Shown in pieces: positions 1-14,322 of a stretch of 64,000 bases of DNA; within the stretch, counting starts at the first letter, position 1, and each line of letters begins with the position of its first letter. Position numbers and translations under genes: made by a program. The notes below the pieces were generated by a model. It saw nothing but the letters and a program-made list of their open reading frames with translations. It was not told the DNA's origin and ran no database searches. The DNA is from Adineta vaga. Its lineage: Eukaryota > Animalia > Rotifera. The stretch is from positions 2,170,001 to 2,234,000 of the forward strand of contig CP075495.1 of assembly GCA_021613535.1 (NCBI GenBank), in the 5' to 3' direction.

Positions 1-1384
1 GTCGACATATTGTTAGCTAGCGAATGCACATAAATGAAACAAATTGCATTGTAACCTATTCTTTTTTTTTCTTCTTATCTCAATAATGTTTAAGCATGTT
101 TTTTATGAATAGAGGTGATGTTGTTGTTTTTAATATTATTATCTGTTTCTCTTTCTCGTTCGACCAACGCACCATTGTTTAGGTAGACGTATATATTATA
201 GGAACAAATATTCAGTACATTCTCAAGTAGATTTTGATGCTGAATGTAATAACATTTGTTTCGTCATTGATTTGATAATACTCATTGTATATAAGGAACT
301 CTTGAGTATATTTGATCATCTGACTTTACCATACTTTCTTATCAACCAACAAACTTTTAGATATAGATTGATGATAAAACAGAAGTTTCTATTCATAGTG
401 CAACTCAATATGAATGATGTTCATTTCTTTCTGTAGGCAGTAAGTTAATTAGTTTTTATGTTGTGTCTGTTACCTGAAGAGCTATTTTTGATGAAGGAAG
501 TCGCTTTGTCATTAATTCTCAATTCATAAGTTGAAAAAGTCAATTATTTATTTATTACATGTCAGAGAAGAATTCTTTTGTGTCAATGTCATAGAAGATT
601 TTCGCCCGCATCTTTTTTCTTTATTACCACCATCTAGCTAAACTCACGGAACTCTGGAATGTACGTGACAACCTTTTCATAAATAATTCATTTTCATAGA
701 ATATCAACTAAGTATAATCAAAATGACGTGATACAATATAAAAACAGTATATCAACTATTCCATTTTTCCTAACAGAGGAAATTTTCTTCTTTATCATCA
801 CAAGAGCCTGACGAGAATTTTTAATGACAAGATTAACTACTTAATAATGCATCTTATTGTGGCCCTTTTGTTTTGCACATAGTGAGTGTGAAATAGAACA
901 GTAGTGCGCATGATTTATAAACCTACAAAGTCTTTAAACTATTTATAGATCCTTTCGATTTAGTTGAACAAAGTAAAGAATGTCTATTGATTGAATTATA
1001 TTCATTTTCACATTCTTCTATCTGTAGCAGTCTAAGTATGAGACGATTTCATTAGAAAAAAACGAAGGTTATGATGTTCTCTGTGATTATCACGATAAAT
1101 AGATGAAAAGAAAAGAGTGTATTTAATGAAGTTTTTTACTAAAAGTACACTTTATAATGATGAAAACGTGCATTTCCGTGCTATTAATTTAGAAAGAAGA
1201 CTTACGGAATCCTATATTTCTAACTATCTTTCTGTTTCTTATCGTTCTTTTTTTTTACCACTAATAGAAAAACCAAACAAATAGGCACACATTTTTAACA
1301 TCAGAGTTTTTTTCTTTTCTATTTCATAGTTTATCAAAGACAAGTTCGTTTATTTTATAATAAAAAAAGAAGAATCTTTTGAGT

Positions 1385-2630
<1,246 letters not shown>

Positions 2631-3813
2631 CTAGAAGAAATCACATAAATATATCTAATTAAGAAATAAAACAACATAGTAGCGTCATTTCATGGCAATA
2701 GATGTTAAAGGAACATAATTATAACAACAATAGATCGGAAATATTAATGTAAATAACCTAGAAATAGAATACATTATTAAATAGACCAAGCTGGAAATAC
2801 ACAGATGCGATATACGACACCTGTTTTTTATTCTATAGAAATGAACTAGTTAAGTATGTTTCTTTTTTTTCACAAATGATGTATGCATTATATTTCATCT
2901 GCCTGATAGTTCAAGTAGGGTAAAATAGAACATTGATGTGCTATTAGAAATTCATTCCCTATTATGTGTGACATTATTTCTAAATACTTGAGTTTCCATC
3001 TGAGAAATCTTCAAAATCAGAAAACGCGTAGAATTTTCTGTTGCATTTGATACAACTAGTGCTAAACGAAATAAGACACTTTATCGAGCTAGGAAAAGAT
3101 TAGCCTATTTCTTTCCGACTACTCGCATATATTAATATTTTCATATTCCATGTCGCGTTGATCAAAATTGTAAATAGTCTAATTGATTCATCGAAGGATC
3201 AAAATGAATTTATCCGTAAATATTTTGAAGGTAATGACAGCATAGGTAAATCTTCCGATGGGATATTTTGTAGTTTTTCTGATAAAAACTAATCATCATC
3301 ATCATTTCAGACAGATCCAATTTTTGAAATACGCATTGGTTGGCAACCTCGAGTACACCTGACGCATTTGAAAAATCATGTCTTGACAAGTAAGCAACAG
3401 ATAGCTATTGGTCCGTCAAAGTCAGCCGAGAGACTATATATATATCCGATTGTATCTCCATCAAAATCTTTTTAATCATTCAATTGATTAGTAGTTTTAT
3501 TTTCGATTTGTCTAGTAATGAAGACATAGAAAATATATCCGATCGTTTAAAATGAATTAATCATATTTCAATACCAAATTAGTTAGTCTGCCTATATACT
3601 GACTCATTCAATATATCTTTATTATAGGTGAAAAAAACACTTTTGTACTCATTAGAAACAATTACATAGGTTAAAAAAACGATTTATATATTTTATAAGA
3701 CTTTCAAGACAACGCGTGTTTTTCAAAAATTCGAATTAATTTCTCTAGAGCTCAATCTTAATAATGTGTGTTTATTCATATTTAACACAATCTATTCATA
3801 TCTATCGTATGAA

Positions 3814-3832
3814 TTTGGCGCCTTTATCGATA
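3814..3832. promoter_or_regulatory. Adjacent E2F-like (TTTGGCGC) and DRE (TATCGATA) elements upstream of TYMS
   Basis: Exact motifs at 3814-3821 and 3825-3832. Function is inferred only from TYMS being a cell-cycle-regulated gene. Confidence 0.3.
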
Positions 3833-4452
3833 ATTTTCTTTTTATTCTTTCTTTCGTGCACTTCGTAATCATGTTTTCTTTTCATTGTTATCGAAGAATA
3901 GTACGTTAAATATGAAAGATCTCTTGAGTCTTTACATAGAACATACCGCGTACTTGTCGACCTAAGAGTTAGCATGATCTATTTATTCATCATCATTAAC
4001 TCTTGCACTAGACAACATTCGGAAGAATAATTCGAATATGACTCTTTTTTCTCTTTTTATTATTTGCTTGGTTGCACACAATCCACCCATTTCGTATCCG
4101 TCCGTTTTGTTTCTTGTCTTTCCTTTTTTTTTTGCATTTCTTCGTTTCTTTCACAACAACATATATTTCTTTTCTCTTTACCGGCAGTCAGTCTGTCTAC
4201 TAGTCAATGAGCGTGTTCGTCATGAAAAGAAAAAAGAATATCATTCTTTACGCTCACACTGTAGGTTTTTTAAGGAGAAAGAGTGAAAAAACGGGAGAAT
4301 AAAGGGATAAAAAGTCGAATAAGAAAAAAACTAACGCATTGCTGTTGTTATTGCAACTGACAATCTAACTACCGGTTTACATGCTTTCATCGATGGGGTA
4401 TGCTATTTATGAAAACGAATAATTAATCATACAATCGTCTTTGACTAACAAC

Positions 4453-7119
4453 ATGACTACTGTTTATCAAGATGTATGTTGATTTCTGGGTACATTTGAG
4501 GTTAATGAATAATATATGTTTAACTAATAATCGAATGATCATATTCTTGGGAAAACGATCATTGTTTAAGTTATTTCAAGTAAGATAAATTGAGAATAAT
4601 TTCATAACTATCGGTAAATTGTTTCGATACGTGTTTTCTTTTTCTTTCATTTTTATCATGTAATAAGTAGCGAAATATGTTTTTCTTTGCAGATATATTC
4701 GTCTTGATAGGAAATTAAAAAAATGTACCTTTCGACTAATGATGAAGTACGTGATGTCGATATTGATGATAATCCCCAAGCACAGCAAACAAATATGACA
4801 CCTGCAACATTAAATGTAAGTAGTTGTTTTTAATTTTCCATGGAATTAATCTAAGAATATTCCATGTATTTTCTTTTTAGATGTCACCATCACCATCTCC
4901 ATGTTGTTCAACATTACTGGTCATTGATGATAATTCAAATTCTAATGACTCAACTGTAATTACAAATGACATTCCAATAAATATACCGTCACCAACTGCT
5001 CAAACAACTCATGTTCAAAGAACATCTTCTCCTCCGTTAGTGAGCGCGGGTAATTTGACCTTTAAATGCAATCTTTTTGTACTTAATAACCAGAAAATTC
5101 TTCTCTAAGATACAACAAATGACACACCTGAACAACAACGCCGTCGAAATTCATCCATTGCTAAATTACTCGGTGGTCAACCATTAAATAATCAACAATA
5201 TGAAGGTGAAATATATATTTTTTGTTCATCTATTTCTTCAAGTCGATTTGTGTTGTTATTTTTTTTAGAAATCAATCAACAAATTCTTGATAATCGATCA
5301 GCTCAAAATGTACCTAATAATAGTGATAATAAAACCGACGGTGAAATACAAAGATCACGAAGTTCTATTGCAAGAACATTATTAATGAATACAGGTATGA
5401 GATAAAAACTTCTCCATAGCTTAGTAATTTTTAATTTAAATTTAAATTTAGAACAAAATCAAAATACAACGACAAATCTAAATAAAGCTCGACCAACATC
5501 ACCAGGATTTTCCAAAGATTTTGAATATTTAATACGGCGAGAACTTGATATTGAACATGCACCGTCAACACTTCAGCGAGATAGTAAAATTATTGTCATG
5601 TGTCTTGATAATTTCATGTCATTTTGTTTTAAAAATAGGCTCAAAACCAAGTGTTTTTCAGAATCTCAGCAGTATTCGTAATTCACCTGTTGAACCACAT
5701 TCACCAACAAATTCAAAATTAAAACGAAAAAGGTTTTTTTATCTACTTGTATGAATTTTTTATTTAGAATTCTTTCTTCTCTTTTTTTTTACTAGAGCAC
5801 TACCTAAGCAAACAATTCCGGTACCAACGACAACAAAAACTTCGAATAATCCTCCATTTAGTATTTCTGAACCATTCGAATTAGATTCATCTGGTCCTTC
5901 GCTTGCTCCACCCATGAATCCCACAAATCATCATCGTTCACATCATCATCAGAATGAGTTATTTCATTTTAATGATATGCCTCGTCATCAGCGTCGTCTA
6001 AGTCAACCACCATCACTAGTACAACAACAACAATATTCACTACCGATGAATAATTCCAATTTATATAATTATCAAAAAACAAATATCCCATTTTATGCAC
6101 AATTTAAAACTCATCATGACCGTTCATCTACAACACCATCTTCACCATTTAACTATGGTCGTTATCCTCGAACACCTGAACTAACATTACCAACACCTAT
6201 TTCGCCTTTATCAATGCATGCACCGTCACCTCCTGTTATATTACATCAAAGCATTGGAGCACCGTCTCGTAAAACTAAGGTAAATATTTGATGAAAGAAA
6301 AGAAAACCATATTTTTCTTCTTCAACTAAATATATCTTAAATTAATACAAGAGAAAAAAAGAGAAGAGTAGAAGAAAATTGTATCATAGACAAGACTTAA
6401 AAATAGTCTTTGTCATCATGAAATATGAAATTTCTATATAAATTCATGAAAAAGATATTTTTCTCGTTGAAAACTGCACTTTTGTTTAAAACTTAAATAT
6501 TTATTCAAGTACTATGAAGAATAGATCCATTTAAACGTTGCAAGAAACAACACTATTATCATGTCATGATTATACTTACAGTAAAGAACAGAATTAGTTT
6601 AAATAAGAATTAAAATATCAATTTCTCGTACTTACAAAGTACTAAGTCTATTTATTAGATATATATTTTGTATTGATACAAAAGTTTCATAAATTACATA
6701 CTTGAATTCTTTGAAGAAATATGAATTTCCATATTATTATTCGATTGTATATGACAATTTACTATGTTTTATATAAATATAAATAAACCGATTTGAATTC
6801 AGTTCATTGAACTGGAAAACATCTTCGCGGTTAAATCAAAACTAATAATAATATGTTTTTTTTTATAAACATTGATAAATTTCAAACGATTTCTACTTCT
6901 TCTTTTCCTTTCGTTTAGACAATATCTAATCGACCAGATATTTTTGATATTCCAATGCAACGATCGTCTTCAAATACATCATATCAATCGAATGCTTCTT
7001 TATCATCCACATCATCATCATCATCATCATCCTCTACAACATCGGAATATTGTGCACCATTAAAAAAGCGTTTGCTTCAATCGTATAAGAATGAGCAACG
7101 GCCTTCATCTTCCTCGTGA
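4453..7119 (+). CDS. Uncharacterised S/P/Q-rich, probably disordered nuclear protein, about 9 exons
   Basis: Exons (approx.) 4453-4473, 4711-4815, 4881-5049, 5110-5205, 5269-5394, 5452-5583, 5639-5732, 5796-6279 and 6919-7119 join in frame via GT-AG introns. Ends EYCAPLKKRLLQSYKNEQRPSSSS*. Confidence 0.75.
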
Positions 7120-7394
7120 TTATTTCATAGTTTTTGTTTTGTCGTTTTTAAACTACCAGGAAGACGTAAATCTCATTCGAATAATCAATCGAAAGATTGG
7201 CGAGAAAGAGAAAATTTCTTGATATGTATTTTTGTCTTAATCTTTGTTTTTGTTTAATGTATATACTCATTTGGATTTCAAATGTCTTAAATATAGACGA
7301 GATTATACATACAAAAGAAAATATAGTGTCTTTCTATCACACATTATTCACAAATTTAGAATATATATATATTTCATTGACAGTCACCGTCGTT

Positions 7395-9388
7395 TTATTG
7401 AATTGAGGAATTAGATTCAGATTGTTTACGAATTCGTCTACGTTGATTAGTTGATCGTTTAGAAGTCTTCTAGAAAAGAAATATTTTATTGCAATTTGAA
7501 AAATGAGTATATTTTAAAACATACTTTAGTATTTGTTCGTTTGGGTTTATCAGTGGATTGAGCTTTTATCAATTGAAAATATCGTTGACGACATTTTACA
7601 GCTGATCGATTTGGTAAGTGATTAGCGGCTAATATTGCCCAACAAATAGGCAATGTTTGATTGCTTTGTTGAAGTAAAATAGCATCTTCTTCTGGTGTAA
7701 ATGAACTTTTTTCTACATCAGGATTAAGATATGTCCAAACATGAGTTGTTTCACGTATACAACGATCACCGAGTAAATAAGCCGCATGTGATACACAAAA
7801 ACGATAATCTTTTACTACTGAACAACGATGTTTATACATTGATAAAAGATATTCTTTTTCAGGTTTTGTAAAACGTCTAAAAACAAAAAACAAACTATAA
7901 ATCGACTTATTCTTGACATAAATATTATTCATCTCGGTACATGCTAGTCGATGAATGTACTTCAAATAAAAGTTGACAGTTTTAGTCTTCAATTGTAAAG
8001 AAATTACATTCGATAGACTTATTAAAAAATGTAAATATGTTTTAATCATGCACATAAAAAAAAATCTTCGTTGACTATCATAATTCACTTCGAATAGAGT
8101 GATGTCTTATTAATTTAAATACATTTAATAGATAATAGAGGATTAATTTGAATAAAATCCATGACATTCTTCTAATAGAGTGCAAGAAAGGAAATATAAT
8201 TTGATGAATTATAAAATTTATAATGAGTTTTTTTTCTAGATTTTCACATGAATTAATGTACTTATAATTAAATATATATATACATATTTTTAATAGAACT
8301 TTATCTTTAAGCACATACATTGAATATATATATCAATTCTTAATTTCCGTTTGAAGATATATGTAATCAAAATAAGCATTTTAGTGCAACTTTCTTTTTC
8401 CGGGCAAAATTTTCTCGACTTACACACATGAGTTTCGTAGAAATGTTATTATTTCAATCGCAATCTATATCTTACCGTTTTGCATGTAATTTATTTGCAT
8501 TTGTCATATATCGTCGTGCACACATAAATGCTGATTTTTTCTTCTTCTAAAAAAATATAATACTTAGACTTGTTTGATTCTCTAGTTCATTGTTTTAAGA
8601 TGATTTACTTGAAGTAATTCATGTTGAGCAATTTCATTCCATTTACCATCACCATGTTGTTGAACTAATTGATTTAAAACTTTATCTTCTTCATCTGTCC
8701 ATGAACTATTGATACCATATTGACATCGATGAATCCAAATACGTTTTAAAGAATATTCATCAAAATATTTAAAACCACCTTTACTTCGCATTCGTGTTGT
8801 AATTAATTTCCAATCAATTTGATCAATTAAAATATCTTTTGAATTTCCACTTAACTCATATAATCGATTGACATCAATAGTTTTTATCATTGCTTTAACT
8901 TCATAGACTTTCTTTCTTAGATCTTCTTTTCTTCGTTCATTTTTACTTTGTCGTTCTTCTTCATTATACAATTCAAGTTCAAGCCAATTTAATACTATTG
9001 TATGCATATTTTCACCAACTAATGGATAAAGTATACGAAAAAATTTTTCATTTAAAAATTGATCATGTCGCCATTGACATATTGTTACTGATGATGGTGT
9101 TAATGATCGATCAGGAAATACTGTAGCATCAAAATCATCTTCATTAACATTATATGAGGGAACTTTGACAGGCGTTGATGTATTAAAATAGATTTCGTTT
9201 TCTTCAATATTATCATTTAATAATAATAATGCTCGTTGATAACAATTATTGAATGCCGATGTTAAAATAGGTGTGTTCTTGGATGATGATGATGATGCAA
9301 GTAAATCATAGGGGTTAATATCATCATGAATTGTATAATTATTTGAAGGACTGTTCGTACTAAATATAGAAGAAACTGTTGAAGTCAT
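7395..9388 (-). CDS. SNAPC4: Myb-repeat protein, SNAPC4/SNAP190-like (4 exons)
   Basis: IDWKLI...WTDEEDKVL...HGDGKWNEIA...SAFMCARRY...YLLGDR...WTYLNPDVEKSSFTPEEDAILL...LPNRSAVKCRQRY is collinear with the SNAPC4 Myb repeats. Introns near 8608-8547, 8475-7877 and 7523-7470. Confidence 0.7.
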
Positions 9389-9787
9389 GGATATTCATAA
9401 GATAAAGGAAAAGAGACGAAACGAAAGAATTTTGAATTACGAAAACAACATTGAAAGGAAAGAAATATTTTTCAATAGAGAAAAATTTGATTGGATAACA
9501 TATGTCACCAATAAACGATAGATGAATTTAAAACGTCGTATGAATTTCTTTTTCAGGAGAAAATTTGAAAAATTCTGATAATAAAATAAAAAATCTTTTT
9601 TTTTATAATTTAATTTGATGTCTTCGATGATAAATGTATATGATAGGTCAACTATCTAACACCACCTGGATAAATGAGTATACCATAATGCAGATGCACA
9701 TGTGGAAGATGATTGTTCACTTCTTCGTCGATTATTACTATCTGATTAAAATAATTCATTGTCAAATTTAGATAGAGACTTTCTAGA
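9389..9787. promoter_or_regulatory. Probable bidirectional promoter (SNAPC4-like / LMAN1) with inverted CCAAT boxes
   Basis: About 400-nt head-to-head gap. ATTGG (9490-9494) and CCAAT (9508-9512) flank a near-palindromic ACATATGT core. Confidence 0.4.
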
Positions 9788-12248
9788 ATGACTTTGTATC
9801 CATTAATATTGACGATCTGTTGTTCGATTCTTTATGTATTTGCTTATACTGATCCATCTGAAGTTAATCCACAATTAGTGAAAAGATTTGAATATAAATA
9901 TTCATTCAAAGGCCCTCATCTTTCATTTAAAGACGGAACTGTACCATTTTGGACATTTGGCGGAAGTAAATTTTCTTTTATGAGAAGAAATTAACTTCTA
10001 TTGAACGTATATTTTTGTTTTTATTTAGGTGCAATTGCAAGCGATGAACAAGTGCGTGTAACACCATCGATTCGTAGTCAAAAAGGTTTGCTGAAAAAAA
10101 ATCTGGAAAAAGTTTTGATTTATCTTTATTGTCAGGTTGGATCTGGAGTAAAAATCCATTGGTAGCTGATAATTGGCTTCTCGATGTTAAATTACGTGTC
10201 ACAGGACGCGGTCGCGTTGGTGCTGATGGAATGGTAAGAGAATGATAATGATGATAGAAACAGAGCGATGTCAATTTCTATGTTTATTATTCTTTTGTTT
10301 AATTAGGCTATTTGGTTTACAGAAAAGGCAGGTGTTGAAGGTACTGTTTTCGGTTCAAATGATCAATGGAATGGATTGGGTATCTTTTTGGATTCATTTG
10401 ATAATGATGCATTGGTAAGTTATTCGAATGAAAAGAATTGTTGTTCTTCGACTAAGTATAAGTGAAAATTCTTGTTCTTAATTACAATCCAAACTTTTTC
10501 TATATTCATTTATATTGCAGAGTGTTTCACTTGTAAGTTAACAGTTGTACACATATTTCTTTCTTGTTTCTAACGTATCCATGTTGTTCAATATTCATCT
10601 AGTGATTCTTCGTTGTATAATTTAGACTATTATATATATCTTGTAATGAATAGTCATAACGAAGTAGTAATCCCAACATGATGACTTCGATATAGAAATC
10701 ATAATATTTGGAATACAAACGAACTAATATAACTTTCGTTTTCTTTCTTTTTAGCAAAATAATCCGATTATTGCTGTTATGATAAATGATGGTACTAAAG
10801 TTTATGATCATCATAATGATGGTAGTAGTCAAATTCAAGGCAGTTGTATTCGAGATTTTCGAAATAAACCATTACCAGTTCGACTTAGAATTGAATATGT
10901 CAATCAAGCATTATCAGTAAGGAAAAGAATGATCAGATTTTTTTAAATATTTTATTATGGTTCTCTTCTAAAGATTTATATCAATAATGGAATTTCACAA
11001 GATGATAATGCATTCGAATTCTGTACACGTGTCGATCGAATTCAATTACCAAAAAGTGGCTATCTTGGTGTGACAGCAGCTACGGGTGGTCTTGCTGATG
11101 ATCACGATGTTTTAGAATTTTTAACAAATACCTATTCTGATCGACAATCTTTAGCAGAAAATAATGCAGCTAGTGATGAACAAGCAAAAAAATATCAAGA
11201 AGAATATGAAAAATATGAACAAGAACTTAAACAACAACAAGCTGAGTATGTAACAAAGATGATATTTAGAATTTTCTCGAATGATTTCAAATGTATATTA
11301 GTTATCAAAAATCTCATCCAGACGCTACAACACGAGTGAATGAACAACAAATTGTATGTTTTTTTCTTAACAGTATAGAAGAATATATATATATATATAT
11401 TTGTTGTCTACTTTTAGTATGAATCAGAATATGATCGGGAATTTCGTGTTATCTTAGAAGGTCAAGATCAAATTCGATTATCATTAACAGGTCTTGATCA
11501 TAAAATGGCTGAACTTTTGGGACGTATCGAACGATTGTCAACAGCGGGTAGCGGACAACAACAAATTGCTGGACAAGCTCAAGTAATAGATTATTCTATA
11601 AGATATATGTCTCTAAAAATCTTTTTTTAGGGTGGAGCTGGTATTGCATCAGGTGTTCCATCAGATGTTGCACGAATTCAAGATATCAATCGTGTAATTT
11701 CTGCTAATACTGATATGACACGTACTATTCAAAGTTTTTCGTAAGTACTAAAAATAATTTTGTTTGTTCAATCAGAAATTTTCTGTTAATTAGACAAGTT
11801 TTAACTGATCTTCAACAAAAAGTCAATTATCTTCAATCAAAAGTTGGTAATCAACAACAAGCAAGTGGTACAGGTCATCAAGCAGTAGGATCGAATACTG
11901 ATCCTGCTATATTAAATGAACTTCGTGATACAATTCGTCAAATTAAATCAGAAACAAATACACTTCTAAATAAACCAGTATTGAAACATTTCCTTTTTCT
12001 TCTGTACATTGTTTTGATTTTTTTCTTTAGAATACTCAAGTCAAATGTCCAACCGTTGCTGGTATTAGTGATTCATCATGTTTAGGACCGTATACATTCT
12101 TCTCAATGATTGCTTTACAAATTGTCGCAATAATTGGTTATTTGACATTTAAGTAAATTGAATCTTTGTTCTTAGTTTTTATTTTCAACAATAAACTTTA
12201 TTTACTTGTAGAAATCGTCGCGAACAACTTTCACGAAAATATTTGTGA
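9788..12248 (+). CDS. LMAN1: ERGIC-53 L-type lectin cargo receptor, multi-exon
   Basis: Signal peptide, RFEYKYSFKGPHL, GRGRVGADGMAIWF, FLDSFDND, CIRDFRNKP, AATGGLADDHDV, coiled coil, TM helix, tail KNRREQLSRKYL*. Confidence 0.95.
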
Positions 12249-13155
12249 ATGGAATCTCCTTGTTTTTATGCATCTGTTTGGACAATGAAAGAACAAAATC
12301 GATACCACATCAAATATTACATGTCTTGTTTCTTTTTTCTTTTGTTAGTTGTTGTTTTTCTTTTAATTTTATCTAGGATTATATTTGTTTTATTAACAGT
12401 CAGAGAGCAGTAAGACAATTTGTCTTCAATCAAAGTAAAACTTGAGGAAGAGTGTGTATATCAAAACATATCTTCCTCAGTTACAATAGAATATCTAAGT
12501 CGTTTATTATCATTTAGAATCTCATATTAAAAACACTCGTTTATCTCTTTATTTTGTTGTTTGTTGTATTTAACTTATTTATTACATTTGTTTTTCTCGT
12601 GATTTATTTGTCAACATTAACAATAACCGTTTTTTTTTGCATGTGATTTGATGTTCTTTTTGGTTGCTCTTATTTAAATATATATGTTTGCTCATGATAG
12701 AACAAACGTTTCACTCTTCTATTAGATTATCATCAAGAAAATTCTCTGCATTCATTTGTTTCGTATGTTTATGTATATAAAATGATTGGTATGTGCCAGG
12801 TTTACGATTTGGTTGCATGTAAAATAAGATTATCCAGAAACAAGATATGAATAGAATTAGAATAGATGTAATACAAAGTAAAGTAAATGGAACGATAAGA
12901 AATCCAAATGATATCATTTAGAAAAGGGCGCGAATTATGAATAGCAAATACAAGTAATACAGAAAATGGATCTATTTCTTTGTTATCTGACCTATATCAT
13001 CATATCTGTGCATCTTTTTTCATCATCATCTCATTGCATTTTACTTGCATACTGATAAAAAGATAACTATTTCATGCAACTGAAGAAAAAAAGACCGCAA
13101 GAAAGATATCGAATCATTTTTGAAATATTACTATTGAAAATAGACCGGAATAGAA

Positions 13156-13796
13156 ATGCTTTTGAAACTTGCAAGTATTCTTTTGTTAGTTGTGTTTATA
13201 ACTGTTAATGCCGATCTTCGAAGCACGTTAGTAGAAATTTTCTTCTCGAGTTCTTTTTTTTTCGCTTATCATTTATTGAAACTTTTAGTGTTTATGGATT
13301 GGTTGAAGCTCGAAGTGGTGTGAAATCAAACTGCTCATTATGGACATCTTATTTTGCAGCAAATGGCGTTGTTCGTTCACCCGTTGGATCAGCACCAATT
13401 GTTGGTACTGATGCGATTCAAAAACATTGCGATGCATGGAATCAAATTCTTGGTCCACAAGGCAATGGATGGTATCCGATGGAATTATGGTCAGGTAATA
13501 TGGAAGTATGTTGATTATACATGTATTTAAATGAGACTTCTATTCTCAATATGTTTATTTTGTTTCTTTTGAAAGACTGCTTTCGAAGCGACTATACGAG
13601 CTGTTAGTAAAGGTGGTTGTCAAATCAATTGGCGTGGTATTATTACAATTAAATTCGATAATATGGTAGGTATATGATCTTCTAGCTTTCTTCAGCTATA
13701 ATCTTAGCTATTTAGTTAAAAATTACGGAATGGAGTCATTATTATGATGATGATTTCATGGCACCACAATTGAAAGGTAAATGTCAATATCAATAG
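13156..13796 (+). CDS. Secreted NTF2/SnoaL-fold protein resembling bacterial ketosteroid isomerase (4 exons)
   Basis: Signal peptide MLLKLASILLLVVFITVNA. YFAANGVVRSPVGSAPIVGTDAIQKH resembles KSI [26 protein letters not shown]. C-terminal GIITIKFDNMLKITEWSHYYD is NTF2-like. Three frame-preserving introns. Confidence 0.75.
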
Positions 13797-13930
13797 GTAA
13801 TACAATACAATTGATCGATTACAAGAATTATTCTAAGAAAAAAAGAAACTAATAAAACGAAATGTTGTTTTTTTTCATCCAATGCATTGATGTAATTTAT
13901 TACACAAATCAAAATAAATGTGAAAATTTT

Positions 13931-14322
13931 TCACATCTGATTATTTCCATCATTCTTTTCTTTTTCTTCACTACGTAACTTTTCAAGAGTTCGCTCAAAG
14001 TTTAAGAGTATTTTTAATCGATCACCGTCATCACCCTTATAATCTGGAATATCATTCAATAATTGTTCAACATTAATTGCTATTGTTGATGACGCAGGTT
14101 CTATATGTAAAGATAAATATTCGATGTATTTGAGAAGAAAAGAAGAATCAAACCTGTTGTAGACAATGTTGATGCTTGAGGTGTATTTCGAGATCCATGT
14201 AATCGCCAAGTATTGAATGTCCATCGTTTACCATGTGTTGACATAGATTGAATAGGACTGACAACTAAAATAATCAATGCTGTTACAGTGATTATCATAC
14301 GGACTGTTTTCAATGAGTTCAT
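13931..14322 (-). CDS. Secreted neuropeptide-precursor-like protein (exons 14322-14154, 14100-13931)
   Basis: Hydrophobic signal peptide, then MSTHG-KR-WTFNTWRLHG-SR and an acidic spacer. A 53-nt GT-AG intron joins the two ORF-track frames. Confidence 0.65.

Noticed and set aside
1-1384. Splice-like signals and short minus-strand frames
   Set aside because: Multiple stops and no recognisable protein.
7395-9388. Link between the SNAPC4-like gene and the trans-splicing hypothesis, or an SL RNA gene in the window
   Set aside because: The proximity is probably coincidental; I found no SL-exon/Sm-site RNA gene by eye.
10414-10754. Long LMAN1 intron with ATGATGA (C-box-like), possible snoRNA
   Set aside because: No downstream CTGA D box or terminal stem within the intron.
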